64,000 nucleotides of DNA from an uncultured Candidatus Saccharibacteria bacterium (lineage in GTDB: Bacteria > Patescibacteriota > Minisyncoccia > UBA6257 > UBA11618), in assembly GCA_964436175.1 (NCBI GenBank), contig CAYTBX010000001.1:24306-88305 (forward strand), in the 5' to 3' direction. The translations under genes were made by a program, and so were the position numbers. Below, one piece after another: positions 9,256 to 18,246 of the stretch. The notes under the pieces were generated by a model that had not been told where the DNA came from, ran no database searches, and saw nothing but the letters and a program-made list of their open reading frames with translations. How positions within the stretch are numbered: position 1 is the first letter of the stretch; every line of letters begins with the position of its first letter.

Positions 9256-9408
9256 ATGAGTCAAACCTACAATCCGCACAAGAAAAAGCGCCGCAGGACG
9301 CACGGTTTTTTGAAGCGTATGTCTTCTTCTATGGGCGCGCGCGTTATAACCAAGCGCCGCCGTAAGGGAAGGAAATCTCTCGCGGTTACCGCGGTGCATG
9401 CTCGCTAA
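9256..9408 (+). CDS. rpmH: 50S ribosomal protein L34 (50 aa, below the ORF-track size cutoff)
   Basis: My own translation: MSQTYNPHKKKRRRTHGFLKRMSSSMGARVITKRRRKGRKSLAVTAVHAR. Confidence 0.9.
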   Translation: MSQTYNPHKKKRRRTHGFLKRMSSSMGARVITKRRRKGRKSLAVTAVHAR

Positions 9409-9712
9409 GAAGAACCGCCTGCCGGTGCAGGAGGCGCTTTTGCGCCACGGCCGCACGGTGCGCAAGCCCGCGTTTACGGTAAAAATCTTTAAGGCTTGTT
9501 TCCCCTACGCTCGTTTCGGCATAGTCGTCGGGCGGCGTGTTGCGAAGTCTGCCGTGGGCAGGAATAAAATCCGCCGCATGGCGTTTACGGCGGTGCAGCA
9601 AGCTATGGCCGCGTGGCCGGTTGCCGATTATCTCGTAATTGCGCATCCGGCGGCTGCGGCATACGAAGCTAAACAATGGCATGACGAACTTATTCCATCT
9701 TCTCTTAATTGA
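9398..9712 (+). CDS. rnpA: RNase P protein component
   Basis: 104 aa basic protein in the canonical rpmH-rnpA-yidC order; its start overlaps the rpmH stop. Confidence 0.8.
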   Translation: MLAKKNRLPVQEALLRHGRTVRKPAFTVKIFKACFPYARFGIVVGRRVAKSAVGRNKIRRMAFTAVQQAMAAWPVADYLVIAHPAAAAYEAKQWHDELIPSSLN

Positions 9713-10331
9713 TCCGCTCCTCGCGCTGCTGCTTTTTTTGCACGCGAACGTGACGTTCGGCGACCTCGGGTCCGCGATTATTTTACTTACCGTTATCGTG
9801 CGCTTGGTGCTCTACCCCCTCTTCTATAAGAGTCTTAAACAGCAGCACGTCTTAAAAAGGATCCAGCCGCATATTCAAGACATTCAGACGAAGTATAAAG
9901 GTAATCGCGAAGAGCAGGGTAAAGCCTTGATGGCGCTCTATAAGGAACATGGCGTAAACCCCTTGATGAGTCTTGGGCTTATCTTCGTCCAGTTGCCGAT
10001 ATTGATCGCCCTCTACCAAGTTTTTCTTATGCCTCTACCGGAGCTTTCGCAATCGTTTTTAGGATTGATAACGCTCGACGAGCGGAGTATCCTTTTGGTT
10101 GTCATTGCGGCGCTTCTGCAGTATTTACTGGGCGTAATGAGTATGGCTGGCAATAAGGACGATAAAAGTCCCGCGGCGCAGACGGCGCGCAATATGGTGA
10201 TGATCGGGCCCGTTATCACCGTCGCGGTCTTATGGTCGCTCCCTGCCGCTATCGGCATCTACTGGGTAACGACGACGCTTTTCTCGATAGCTCAGCAGCT
10301 GCACGTGGAACGGCGTTTTCCTAAATCCTGA
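9681..10331 (+). CDS. yidC: Membrane protein insertase YidC/Oxa1, short monoderm-type (an alternative start at 9639 is possible)
   Basis: LYPLFYKSLKQQHVLKRIQPHIQDIQTKYKG...ALMALYKEHGVNPLMSLGLIFVQLPILIALY. Confidence 0.85.
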   Translation: MTNLFHLLLIDPLLALLLFLHANVTFGDLGSAIILLTVIVRLVLYPLFYKSLKQQHVLKRIQPHIQDIQTKYKGNREEQGKALMALYKEHGVNPLMSLGLIFVQLPILIALYQVFLMPLPELSQSFLGLITLDERSILLVVIAALLQYLLGVMSMAGNKDDKSPAAQTARNMVMIGPVITVAVLWSLPAAIGIYWVTTTLFSIAQQLHVERRFPKS

Positions 10332-10338
10332 TTATCTT

Positions 10339-10773
10339 ATGGAACATATTAAACAAGCTCTTAACGAACTTTTGCGGGTAGCCGGATTTTCCGGCCCCGT
10401 TGTCGAGCTCGACCCCGCGGGCGCGCGATTTTCGATATTTTTGGATGAGGGCGAATGGCTTAAGGAGTGGATCCCCCGCCTCGTTGCCGACCTCGGCTTC
10501 ATTGCGCGTACCATCGGCCGCAAGGCGGGCGTGCACGGCATGGTATACGTGGACGTGAATAACTACCGTAAGGAGCGGGAGCATTTGATTGTGGAAATCG
10601 CGAAGGCGGCAGCCCGGAAAGTTTTAATAACGAAGGCGGACGTGCAGCTCCCCCCAATGAATGCCTACGAGCGCCGTTTGGTGCACACGGAGCTCGCCAC
10701 TCGCCCGGACGTAAAGACGGAAAGCTTGGGCGATAAGCGCGATAGGCGCGTGATTGTTAAGCCGCTACTTTAG
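10339..10773 (+). CDS. jag: Jag/KhpB-like RNA-binding protein (KH + R3H)
   Basis: The R3H motif MNAYERRLVHTELA; it follows yidC as in many genomes. Confidence 0.8.
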   Translation: MEHIKQALNELLRVAGFSGPVVELDPAGARFSIFLDEGEWLKEWIPRLVADLGFIARTIGRKAGVHGMVYVDVNNYRKEREHLIVEIAKAAARKVLITKADVQLPPMNAYERRLVHTELATRPDVKTESLGDKRDRRVIVKPLL

Positions 10774-10807
10774 CGAGTTATTAGTTTATAGTTTTTAGTG
10801 GTTAGTT

Positions 10808-10838
10808 AAAAAAACGGCGAACGCCGTTTTTTTGTTTT
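10808..10838. terminator. Bidirectional terminator hairpin
   Basis: aaaaaaacggcg-aa-cgccgtttttttg. Confidence 0.6.
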
Positions 10839-11044
10839 ATTCATGCAGTGCTTAGTAAGCCGGCGCGCACGTGCTTTTCGGAAACATGCTCTTTTTCTCC
10901 TGCGGAAAAAAGGCATTCGCTCTCACCCTAATAAATTCGCTAAAAGGCGAATTACCCTGAGCTATTAGGGCTCCGAGATGTTCCTCAAAACACGTCCACG
11001 CCGTCTTTCCCGAATGTCGATATTTTTCCAAAATTAAAAAAAAA

Positions 11045-11090
11045 GAAGCCCCGCACGCAAACGAAGCGGGGCTTCTTTTTGCGTGCGGGG
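11045..11090 (-). terminator. Rho-independent terminator for the Cys-rich gene (alternative pairings are possible)
   Basis: Minus-strand reading: gaagccccgc-ttcgtttgcgt-gcggggcttc followed by tttttttt. Confidence 0.6.
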
Positions 11091-11684
11091 CTAAGAGATT
11101 TCGAGGTTTCCGAACACTACTGCTCCGGGTAGGATTTTCCCGCCGAACGGGCCTAGTGGGGCCGGTGCGAGCCTGTCGGATACGCATGCCGGGCATGCGC
11201 AGATGCAATGCTTGTCGCAATGCGTTCCGAATTCAGCGCAGTAATGGAAGGTTTTGTGGCCGCAATCCACGGAGCAGTTTTCGGGAACGATTTCTCCCGA
11301 GGCTGCGCGTGCGGGCAAGTTTTGGAGAAATCTGCCGCTATAGGTGAACAGTTGCGGGGATTCGAACTTGGCCGACCAGTTGATGATCGCTTGCAGTTGG
11401 TCGTGCCGGCGCGGATATGCCACGCCGAAATACTTTCCCGCCGCGTCCTTGTGTAAGGCGATCTTGCACAGGAACGTACAGCCGTCCATTTCTTTCGGAT
11501 CGCTGAAAGTGAAGCAGACTTTGTACTCCGGCTGGAGGGGGCCGCCGACATACTGGTTCTGATACCAGATGACGCCGCCCATCTCTGCGCGTAGCCGGAA
11601 TTTCGGGTGCAACGGCGTGTGCCGCTTACGGTAGTCGAGTCGCCAAGCGGCGAACGACGCCATCCACTGTTTTAGCCATTTCAT
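11091..11684 (-). CDS. Hypothetical W- and Cys-rich protein with a C-terminal Cys cluster
   Basis: 197 aa with C-terminal ...CSVDCGHKTFHYCAEFGTHCDKHCICACPAC; it has its own promoter and terminator. Confidence 0.5.
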   Translation of the reverse strand: MKWLKQWMASFAAWRLDYRKRHTPLHPKFRLRAEMGGVIWYQNQYVGGPLQPEYKVCFTFSDPKEMDGCTFLCKIALHKDAAGKYFGVAYPRRHDQLQAIINWSAKFESPQLFTYSGRFLQNLPARAASGEIVPENCSVDCGHKTFHYCAEFGTHCDKHCICACPACVSDRLAPAPLGPFGGKILPGAVVFGNLEIS

Positions 11685-11754
11685 GGCAAGTCTCCCTTGA
11701 TTGGATTGTGCGGAAAATTATCCGCTTCAGACACAAGACAATCTTGTGAATGCT

Positions 11755-11790
11755 GAATATAATATAGCACTTTTAGTGCTATTATGTCAA
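11755..11790 (-). promoter_or_regulatory. Minus-strand promoter (TTGACA-N18-TATATT) with a palindromic candidate operator inside the spacer
   Basis: On the plus strand, tgtcaa lies at 11785-11790 and aatata at 11761-11766. The palindrome atagcac-tttt-agtgctat lies at 11763-11781. Confidence 0.4.
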
Positions 11791-11794
11791 GTAA

Positions 11795-12661
11795 TTATAA
11801 CGCCAGCTTCCAGACGGAGTCGTCGGTTTTGTTGGTGAAGAATAATACGTTTCCCATGAGGGCGGGGTTTTGGATGTCGAGGGATTCCGATGTTCCGCTC
11901 CAGAGTTCCGTTACCTTAGGGGTTTTAAAATCTATCTTCATGATGCGGTCGGTCGAGACGAACTTGTTTTTGAGGTAATCGTCCGGCAGGGTTACTCCCT
12001 CGGGCGCACCCTGCGGCACACCGCAGTACATTACGGGGCCAGTATCCATAATGAAACATTTGGACGGCAGCGTAGCTATGCGGAGCGGGGTCGTTGTCTT
12101 CGTTTTCGTATCAATAAAAGAAAGCGTGAGCGCTCCGGCTTGATCCGCGCTCATGGTAAAAACATAGCGGCCGTTTTTAGACCAGCGTGCCATAAGGCCG
12201 AAGGCCGGCCCTGCCACGCGCGAAACAGTCTTCGTTGCCGTATTGATAGTCCATAAAGATGTTCGCACGAGGTTCGACGGCCGCTCGATTATAAACGTAT
12301 CGTTTTTGCCGTAGGGGTATGAGCGACTATCTTTCGGCGCGAAAAAGAGTTTTTCGGGATTTAATTCACGGATCGTAGAAGTGGCGAGGTATGCGAGCTG
12401 TTCTTCGGTATTTAAAACTTTTACGGGGTCGGCTGAAATTTCATCCAAAGAAACGGGCATCGGTTTTTTCTCCGGTAGTCCGGGGAGGTTCGGTAAAGAA
12501 AGCGACGTAATAGGCGTGTTTGCCTCAGGTGTTTCAGTTACTGCTCCCTCCGTAGGTGGAACGTACGTATGCGGTTCGAGTGCCTGCATGCCGTAATACG
12601 CCACCGTGCCGAAAAGCGCCACGAGTACGACGGTTACGGATATGAAAAGCCACTTACTCAT
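11795..12661 (-). CDS. Membrane-anchored hypothetical protein; the last gene of the T4SS-like operon
   Basis: 288 aa with an N-terminal TM segment (WLFISVTVVLVALFGTVAYY) and a Thr/Lys-rich extracytoplasmic domain. Confidence 0.55.
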   Translation of the reverse strand: MSKWLFISVTVVLVALFGTVAYYGMQALEPHTYVPPTEGAVTETPEANTPITSLSLPNLPGLPEKKPMPVSLDEISADPVKVLNTEEQLAYLATSTIRELNPEKLFFAPKDSRSYPYGKNDTFIIERPSNLVRTSLWTINTATKTVSRVAGPAFGLMARWSKNGRYVFTMSADQAGALTLSFIDTKTKTTTPLRIATLPSKCFIMDTGPVMYCGVPQGAPEGVTLPDDYLKNKFVSTDRIMKIDFKTPKVTELWSGTSESLDIQNPALMGNVLFFTNKTDDSVWKLAL

Positions 12662-13656
12662 TGTTTATTTTTCGCGTTCAACTGCTCTATTAGACCACTC
12701 CTTTTTTGTTGGAGGTCTTGGAGTTGGAGTGCTTCCGATGTTCCAAATGTCGTATTACTAAACGAATACCAGCTCTTCGGCGCATCTGCAGCGGCCTTTT
12801 TCGTCTCTAGTTTTTTAATCTGGATATTCAGCGATTCTATTTCATAGGAAGATGTCGGTTTGCTTGCCGGCTTCATTTGATCCAGATTCATTTGGTACAT
12901 ATCACGAAGAAGATTGTCTCCGCTTCCCGGCTGGGGTTTCAGATTTTTTGATTGAGCCTCAAGTGAGGATAGGTTTTTTTTAAGCGTAGCAAGGCGCTTG
13001 TTTTCCTCCGCACTCCTTTTTTCTGCGGGCGTTTCTTCGATTGTGCTGATGATATCTTCGGTAAGAGTTCTATTGTTTTCGATATCGTCTAACATCTTTG
13101 TTTGTTCGGGGGAGAGATCATCTGTTGATGGCGCATAAGGATTTCTAGCAGTATTTGAAGGTGCTTGGTCCGCTGCTTTTTGCGGTCTTATCATCGTAAC
13201 GTTCGGCAGGGCGAGAATAGTGAGCGCGGGGTTAATAGTATTCAAAACTGCGTACGATCCCATAAGGAGCGCCATGCCAGTCGCGACGTTCCAGAATATC
13301 CCCATCGCCTTCTTTTTCTGGTCTATGACGCCGCTCCAGCTATAGAGTACTCCCCCGTAGACGATGCGCACGAAAGCTACGGTGCCGGCGAGAATGAAGG
13401 CGAGATTATACATCTCTTGAAGGAATGCGGCGAAGTTGGTTTGCCGTTGCTGTACGAGCCCGCCTAACGATTCACATAATATGTAATCGCCGTTGAATTG
13501 GGGGCCGCACCGTTCGGTCGCTGTGGATCCGTATTGCGTAAAGGGATCTTCTTGCCTTGGTCCGACAAAGTTGGAGTCATATTGCGACTGTGCGTAGGCT
13601 GTAGCCCCAATTACGAGGCCGTAGAATAGTAATAATGCCGTAAGTATCCGTTTCAT
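12658..13656 (-). CDS. Pilin-like/VirB2-like membrane protein with a long C-terminal coiled-coil tail; the assignment is speculative
   Basis: A signal peptide followed by two hydrophobic helices (FILAGTVAFVRIVYGGVLY; GIFWNVATGMALLMGSYAVL) and a roughly 180-aa charged coiled-coil tail. Confidence 0.45.
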   Translation of the reverse strand: MKRILTALLLFYGLVIGATAYAQSQYDSNFVGPRQEDPFTQYGSTATERCGPQFNGDYILCESLGGLVQQRQTNFAAFLQEMYNLAFILAGTVAFVRIVYGGVLYSWSGVIDQKKKAMGIFWNVATGMALLMGSYAVLNTINPALTILALPNVTMIRPQKAADQAPSNTARNPYAPSTDDLSPEQTKMLDDIENNRTLTEDIISTIEETPAEKRSAEENKRLATLKKNLSSLEAQSKNLKPQPGSGDNLLRDMYQMNLDQMKPASKPTSSYEIESLNIQIKKLETKKAAADAPKSWYSFSNTTFGTSEALQLQDLQQKRSGLIEQLNAKNKQ

Positions 13657-14219
13657 TATTTTGGTGCGGTCATGCGTGCGAATTCCATTGGATTTTTTTT
13701 ATTTTCCGCGCTCGCGGTTACGGTATCTCCGTTATCCTCCCATGTGACCGTAAGCCCGCTTTCGCTTAGGATATTCCAGAAATAGGGAATTATAGAAAAC
13801 TCTTGCGGTTTCGTGCCCTCCTTTTTTCGTATAAGGATTTCTGGGCGCACCACAGGGATAGTGATGAATGCGTCGAGCGGCTGATTTTCATACTTCCCTA
13901 CGTTTACGCGCAGCTCGAGAAAGTCTTGCCCCGTGACGGGCGCTGCCGTGCGCGCGCTTGCGACTCCCTTGCCGCCCGCGATGCGGTCTTCGCCCGCATA
14001 CCAATTGATGTCGTACGGGGCGAGGCTTATGACCTTGCCTTTATCCACGAGGATTGCCGAGAGGTTGATCGCGGTGCCCGCAACCGGCAGCGCCTTGCCG
14101 GCATACGCGACGGGGGCGTACGACGAGGCCTTCCACGTAACGATAAGCTCCGGCGTGGCATATGAGAACCCCGGCAGGAGTATCCCGAATACCAGTATCG
14201 TTTTTTGGATTATTTTCAT
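13656..14219 (-). CDS. Secreted hypothetical protein; start taken at the internal ATG (MKIIQKTILVFGILLPGFSYA)
   Basis: A signal peptide is present. The longer ORF reaching 14471 would overlap the upstream gene. Confidence 0.5.
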   Translation of the reverse strand: MKIIQKTILVFGILLPGFSYATPELIVTWKASSYAPVAYAGKALPVAGTAINLSAILVDKGKVISLAPYDINWYAGEDRIAGGKGVASARTAAPVTGQDFLELRVNVGKYENQPLDAFITIPVVRPEILIRKKEGTKPQEFSIIPYFWNILSESGLTVTWEDNGDTVTASAENKKNPMEFARMTAPK

Positions 14220-14227
14220 GGCGTAGT

Positions 14228-14647
14228 TTATACGGCCTGCGTTGTTTTTGCGGCTTTCGCGGCAAGCGCCCGTTTGCTCATGGCGCGTCTCGGATTTTTT
14301 ATTGCGGGTGTAATGCTTTCCGCTATGGCTGCCTGTTTGGGGTGTCGGTCGAGCCATATGGTCGCGAGCATCGCTATCGTCCGTATCGGGAGCGTATTCA
14401 TTATCGGAACGAATTCGAAGAGATTTCCCACGAGCGTACGTTCGGCGCCCACTCCTTTCATAGTAGCCCACAGCCAGAGCACTACGGAAGCAGCAATGTT
14501 AATAAAAAATTTAACGAGCTCCCCTACGCCGAACAGCGCGTCGAGAAATGTGGCAAAAAAGTCCGCGATGTCGAAGAGAATGCATACGCCGACCATAACG
14601 GCTCCTTCGATACCGTTTATTTTAGGTTGCTCCGTTATTTCTTCCAT
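14228..14647 (-). CDS. Small polytopic membrane protein of the T4SS-like locus
   Basis: 139 aa with 3-4 hydrophobic helices; it overlaps the VirB4 stop. Confidence 0.5.
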   Translation of the reverse strand: MEEITEQPKINGIEGAVMVGVCILFDIADFFATFLDALFGVGELVKFFINIAASVVLWLWATMKGVGAERTLVGNLFEFVPIMNTLPIRTIAMLATIWLDRHPKQAAIAESITPAIKNPRRAMSKRALAAKAAKTTQAV

Positions 14648-16335
14648 GCGGCGTCTTTCGGGTTCGTGGTTATTACTTTGTCTTCGGGTGATGACGCGAG
14701 CACTTGGATGACGGCATGCTTCGTGCCCGCGAAAAAGAGCCCCTGCCCCACAGGCGTTTCGAGAAGTAGGCTCTTCTCCCCTTCGGATAGGTTGAACGTC
14801 TTTTGGAGCACGTCCATCATCGCGGGCGATTGTTTAAGGAGTAGCTGGAGCGAGGAGTTCGTAATAATAGGGCGGCCGTAGGGCGATAAAAGAAAGTCTT
14901 CGACGTCCTGCGTGATGGTCGTTACGCCCAAGTAGTATTTACGTGCGCGCTTTACGAGCCCGAAGAGGAATAGGGCGCCCTCGGGGTAGCGCATGAGCCA
15001 CCACGCTTCGTCGACGATCATGACGCGTTTTTTTATCTTTCCGCGCACGACGTTCCATATGAAGTTGAGTACGAGGTACATAGCGATAGGCCGCAGGCCT
15101 TCTTCGAGGTCGCGAAGGGAAAAGACGATGAGCCGGTTACCGAGGTCAACGTTTGTGGGGAAATTCGTGAAGCCCGAATAGCTACCCTCCGTGAAGCGGT
15201 ACAGGCGTTCAGCGATGGACTTACCGCCCTCCATGCTTTCGAGGACGGTCTTCAGATCCGCGAGTACGGGTGCAGTTTTTTTGGAAAAGTCTTTACCAGG
15301 GACGATGTCTTTTAGTGCGTAGGTCTCTGTGATGCCGCGGTCGAGCATTGCCTCCTCTTCAGGCGTTATCTCCCCCACCATCATCTTTACGAGGCCGGCT
15401 ACAGTGACGACGTGCGACTTCAGGGCGTCGTCGTCGCTTTCGTCTTCGGGGACGTTCGGTATGTCGAACGGATTAATATGTTCGGTTGAGGCTAGAGAGA
15501 CATTCACGAAACTGCCGCCAACGGACTCGGCAAGCGCTTTGTATTCGTGTTCGGGGTCGATGATTATCACGTCCACCCCTGTCATCATTAAGCGGAGTGC
15601 CTCGAGTTTGGCGGCATACGACTTGCCGCCGCCGGACTTGGAGAATATAACCATGTTCGCATTCTCAAGGCTGAAGCGGTCGAATATCACGAGCGTGTTA
15701 TCCGTGCGGTTTACGCCGTAGAGTATCCCCGTGTCACCCGTAAGGTCGGTTGCGACGAATGGGAATAAAGACGACGCGGGGCCGGAGTTCATCGGCGTAT
15801 GTACTGCGAGCCGGTCCGCGGCTATGGGGAGCGTGGAGTTCCAGCCCTCCATTTGCTCGAAGGTTGCCTGCTTCGCATACACCAGCCGAGTTTCGAGCAT
15901 ATTCACGATACGGCCCTCGAGTATTTCTAGATCCTTTAGGGTGTCGGCATAGAACGTTATATAGAGGCCGACCATAAAGAGGCGTTCGCGCGCCTGCTGG
16001 AGCGAGTCGCGCAGACCTTCCACGTCTTGGTATGCGGTTTCGAGTAAGGGGTTACGCACTAACCCCTTTTCTTCTTGGTCCATCAGCTGTGCTTCGATCT
16101 GCGCAGTTTTTCTTTTCAGTTTTTTTAGGGTTTCTGCGGTATCTGCCGGATGCATGAAGATGCTTACGTCCATGAGTTCTGGTGCGTTAACGATTGGGCT
16201 GAGCCAGCCGGTAGAAAGGTAGCGCGGGTAGTTGGAAACGAAAACCGTGCGGGCGAACTTCTTCCCTACCTTCATGTGGTCCGGCGCTATCGTAATTTCC
16301 GGCGGGGCGATGATATCTGCGAGATCTTTTTTCAT
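14635..16335 (-). CDS. virB4: VirB4/TrbE/CagE-family type IV secretion ATPase (ATPase portion)
   Basis: Walker A VIFSKSGGGKSYAAKL, Walker B MIVDEAWWLM, and the conserved mid-region ARTVFVSNYPRYLSTGWLSPI. Confidence 0.85.
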   Translation of the reverse strand: MKKDLADIIAPPEITIAPDHMKVGKKFARTVFVSNYPRYLSTGWLSPIVNAPELMDVSIFMHPADTAETLKKLKRKTAQIEAQLMDQEEKGLVRNPLLETAYQDVEGLRDSLQQARERLFMVGLYITFYADTLKDLEILEGRIVNMLETRLVYAKQATFEQMEGWNSTLPIAADRLAVHTPMNSGPASSLFPFVATDLTGDTGILYGVNRTDNTLVIFDRFSLENANMVIFSKSGGGKSYAAKLEALRLMMTGVDVIIIDPEHEYKALAESVGGSFVNVSLASTEHINPFDIPNVPEDESDDDALKSHVVTVAGLVKMMVGEITPEEEAMLDRGITETYALKDIVPGKDFSKKTAPVLADLKTVLESMEGGKSIAERLYRFTEGSYSGFTNFPTNVDLGNRLIVFSLRDLEEGLRPIAMYLVLNFIWNVVRGKIKKRVMIVDEAWWLMRYPEGALFLFGLVKRARKYYLGVTTITQDVEDFLLSPYGRPIITNSSLQLLLKQSPAMMDVLQKTFNLSEGEKSLLLETPVGQGLFFAGTKHAVIQVLASSPEDKVITTNPKDAAWKK

Positions 16336-16339
16336 GATG

Positions 16340-17032
16340 TTATTCTTGCGGGATGACGTGGCGTTCTACTGTTTCGGGGTTGTAGAGGTTGTATAATAAT
16401 TCCGCGAGCTCGTCTTCTTCGAGCGGCACGGCGCGGAGGCCTATCTGGGACAGACCGCTCGCCACTTGTTCGGTGCGCTGTGCGAGTGCGGCGAAGGCGC
16501 TATCCCCCACTACGCTCTGCGAGCTTCGCGGGGCAGGCCCCACTTCGGTTTGTGGTGTTGCGGTATCTGTCGGGTCATCTACTTTTTTCCGCTTGAAGAA
16601 TCCGGCGATGGCGTCGAATATTGCGCGTTGGTTTGCGGGTAATACGGAGTCGTACGGCACGATCACGAAGAACGTTTTTTCCATAATCGGGTTGTCTGCT
16701 ACGAGGGACGCCACGAAGTCTTTATATCCACTCACGAGGCCTTTTAATAAGTCGTTGGTCTCCCCGCGCTCTATGCCCGCAAGTTCGTTTATATACCCGT
16801 CGATATTTATTTTGCGGGAGTGTATGAAAATCTGCACGGAGAAGTCGAGTCCGTTCAAAAAATTCTGGTACGCGCCTATCGCGGCGTTCTGTTCGTCCTC
16901 CGAGCGGAGCTCGAAGTTCATGCCGGATACGAGTATCACGGCACGCAGGCCGCCGTCCCGCAATACTATGCAGTTGCGCTCAATGCGTTCCGCTTCGAGA
17001 AGGTTTTGGGTTGCGAGGGATTCTTCTGCCAT
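16340..17032 (-). CDS. Probable N-terminal domain of VirB4, encoded as a separate ORF
   Basis: 230 aa. NCIVLRDGGLRAVILVSGMNFELRSEDEQNAAIGAYQNFLNGLDFSVQIFIHS resembles the CagE/TrbE N-terminal region. It is separated from the ATPase ORF by 4 nt in a different frame, and the two ORFs together total about 796 aa. Confidence 0.5.
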   Translation of the reverse strand: MAEESLATQNLLEAERIERNCIVLRDGGLRAVILVSGMNFELRSEDEQNAAIGAYQNFLNGLDFSVQIFIHSRKINIDGYINELAGIERGETNDLLKGLVSGYKDFVASLVADNPIMEKTFFVIVPYDSVLPANQRAIFDAIAGFFKRKKVDDPTDTATPQTEVGPAPRSSQSVVGDSAFAALAQRTEQVASGLSQIGLRAVPLEEDELAELLYNLYNPETVERHVIPQE

Positions 17033-17042
17033 ACCGTTAATT

Positions 17043-17519
17043 CTATCTGTAGTCTATCCGTTTAGCGACCGCGCGGTCGCCGTCCGTGCGGCGTACGATT
17101 TCCCCGCGGTCTTGCGCCGGCAGGCTGCGGCTAAAAAACCCGTTGACTGATGTTTCGCGCCCCGCGACCGGACGCGTCCCCGCTGTCATGCCGAGCCCGA
17201 GCCGAGCGAGTAATCCCGTAGGCGCCTGCTTCTTTACACCGTCCGTTTTTTGCCATGTATACGTGCGGCCGCCGGTATAGTAGCGGATAGCGGCAATCGT
17301 TACCGTCATGAGTGGCCTGCCGTTGTATTTTACGAGCGCGAATGCGAGCGCGGCAGTGCCTATAAAGACCGACGTTATAAGCCAAAGCCATGTCACGAGT
17401 ATGAAGAACGATACGAATATCGTGAGGAATCCCCCTGCGATATAAAAGAATTGTTTGAGCGTTAAGGGGCCTACGATGCGGTCCTCGACGTCTATGTATT
17501 GGGGTACTTGAAATTGCAT
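17043..17519 (-). CDS. PrgI/VirB3-like small membrane protein
   Basis: MQFQVPQYIDVEDRIVGPLTLKQFFYIAGGFLTIFVSFFILV, an N-terminal motif plus two TM helices, positioned immediately upstream of VirB4. Confidence 0.55.
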   Translation of the reverse strand: MQFQVPQYIDVEDRIVGPLTLKQFFYIAGGFLTIFVSFFILVTWLWLITSVFIGTAALAFALVKYNGRPLMTVTIAAIRYYTGGRTYTWQKTDGVKKQAPTGLLARLGLGMTAGTRPVAGRETSVNGFFSRSLPAQDRGEIVRRTDGDRAVAKRIDYR

Positions 17520-17523
17520 GGTA

Positions 17524-18246
17524 TCAGGTGAACCACTTCGATTGCGGGAGCTTCGGCTTTGTCCGATCCCCTTCGGGTGCGTTCCTTGTTGTACCCGCAA
17601 TGTTAAGCGGCGTGCGTAACTGGCTGTAGTGGACTACGCGCTCGATCACGACACGCGGAGAAGCGGCGCTCTCCACGCCCGTATCCGTCTGTGGCGAGTA
17701 GCTGAAGGATCTCGCCCCGCTTTGTGCGACTGCTGCGCGCGGCTCTTCGTGTAATATAAAGGGCTGCGCGGCTGCCGGTGCGGGGGTGGGTTCGGGCGCG
17801 TTTTCCGTGGCCGCTTGTACGGGGTTTGCGGGTATCGGTGGCTGTGGCGCTGGTATGGGGCGCGGCATTGCTTCGCTCGCCGGATGCGGCGCTGTTGCCG
17901 GGGCGTTGAATCCTAAAAGAGCCGTGTTCACGCCGCCATAACGAAGTGCCGGGGCAATGGGTTCTATTATTTCTTTCGCTATTGCCTCGGTAATATTTTT
18001 AGCCAGGTCTGCGTCCGCGTTCATTTCTTTCGCGAGCTCCGCCTTAAAGCTCTCCGGCGGCAGGTCTTGCGTCACGAGGCGCAGTACTAAGAGGGGTAGA
18101 ACGCGCTCCTGCTCGTCGGACAATATAAAGCGCGCGGCAATCGCTTTAATGATTGCACTCGTGTCGTCTGAAGCGATCCATTCCTTAATCTCCGGCTGGA
18201 GCGTTTTGAATATGACGTAGAGACGGGCGATTTGTTCAAGTGTCAT
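17524..18246 (-). CDS. Hypothetical soluble protein with a Pro/Ala-rich linker
   Basis: 240 aa with no TM segment; translationally coupled to its neighbours. Confidence 0.5.
   Translation of the reverse strand: MTLEQIARLYVIFKTLQPEIKEWIASDDTSAIIKAIAARFILSDEQERVLPLLVLRLVTQDLPPESFKAELAKEMNADADLAKNITEAIAKEIIEPIAPALRYGGVNTALLGFNAPATAPHPASEAMPRPIPAPQPPIPANPVQAATENAPEPTPAPAAAQPFILHEEPRAAVAQSGARSFSYSPQTDTGVESAASPRVVIERVVHYSQLRTPLNIAGTTRNAPEGDRTKPKLPQSKWFT

Noticed and set aside
9186-9256. A second DnaA-box cluster upstream of dnaA (between dnaA and rpmH).
   Set aside because: Only weak 7/9 matches occur there (for example tgttgataa). The region is better explained by the consensus rpmH promoter and the dnaA promoter.
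10852-11220. Minus-strand 122-aa Arg-rich ORF.
   Set aside because: It is interrupted by the strong terminator hairpin of the downstream Cys-rich gene (11045-11090) and overlaps that gene. Its composition is non-protein-like.
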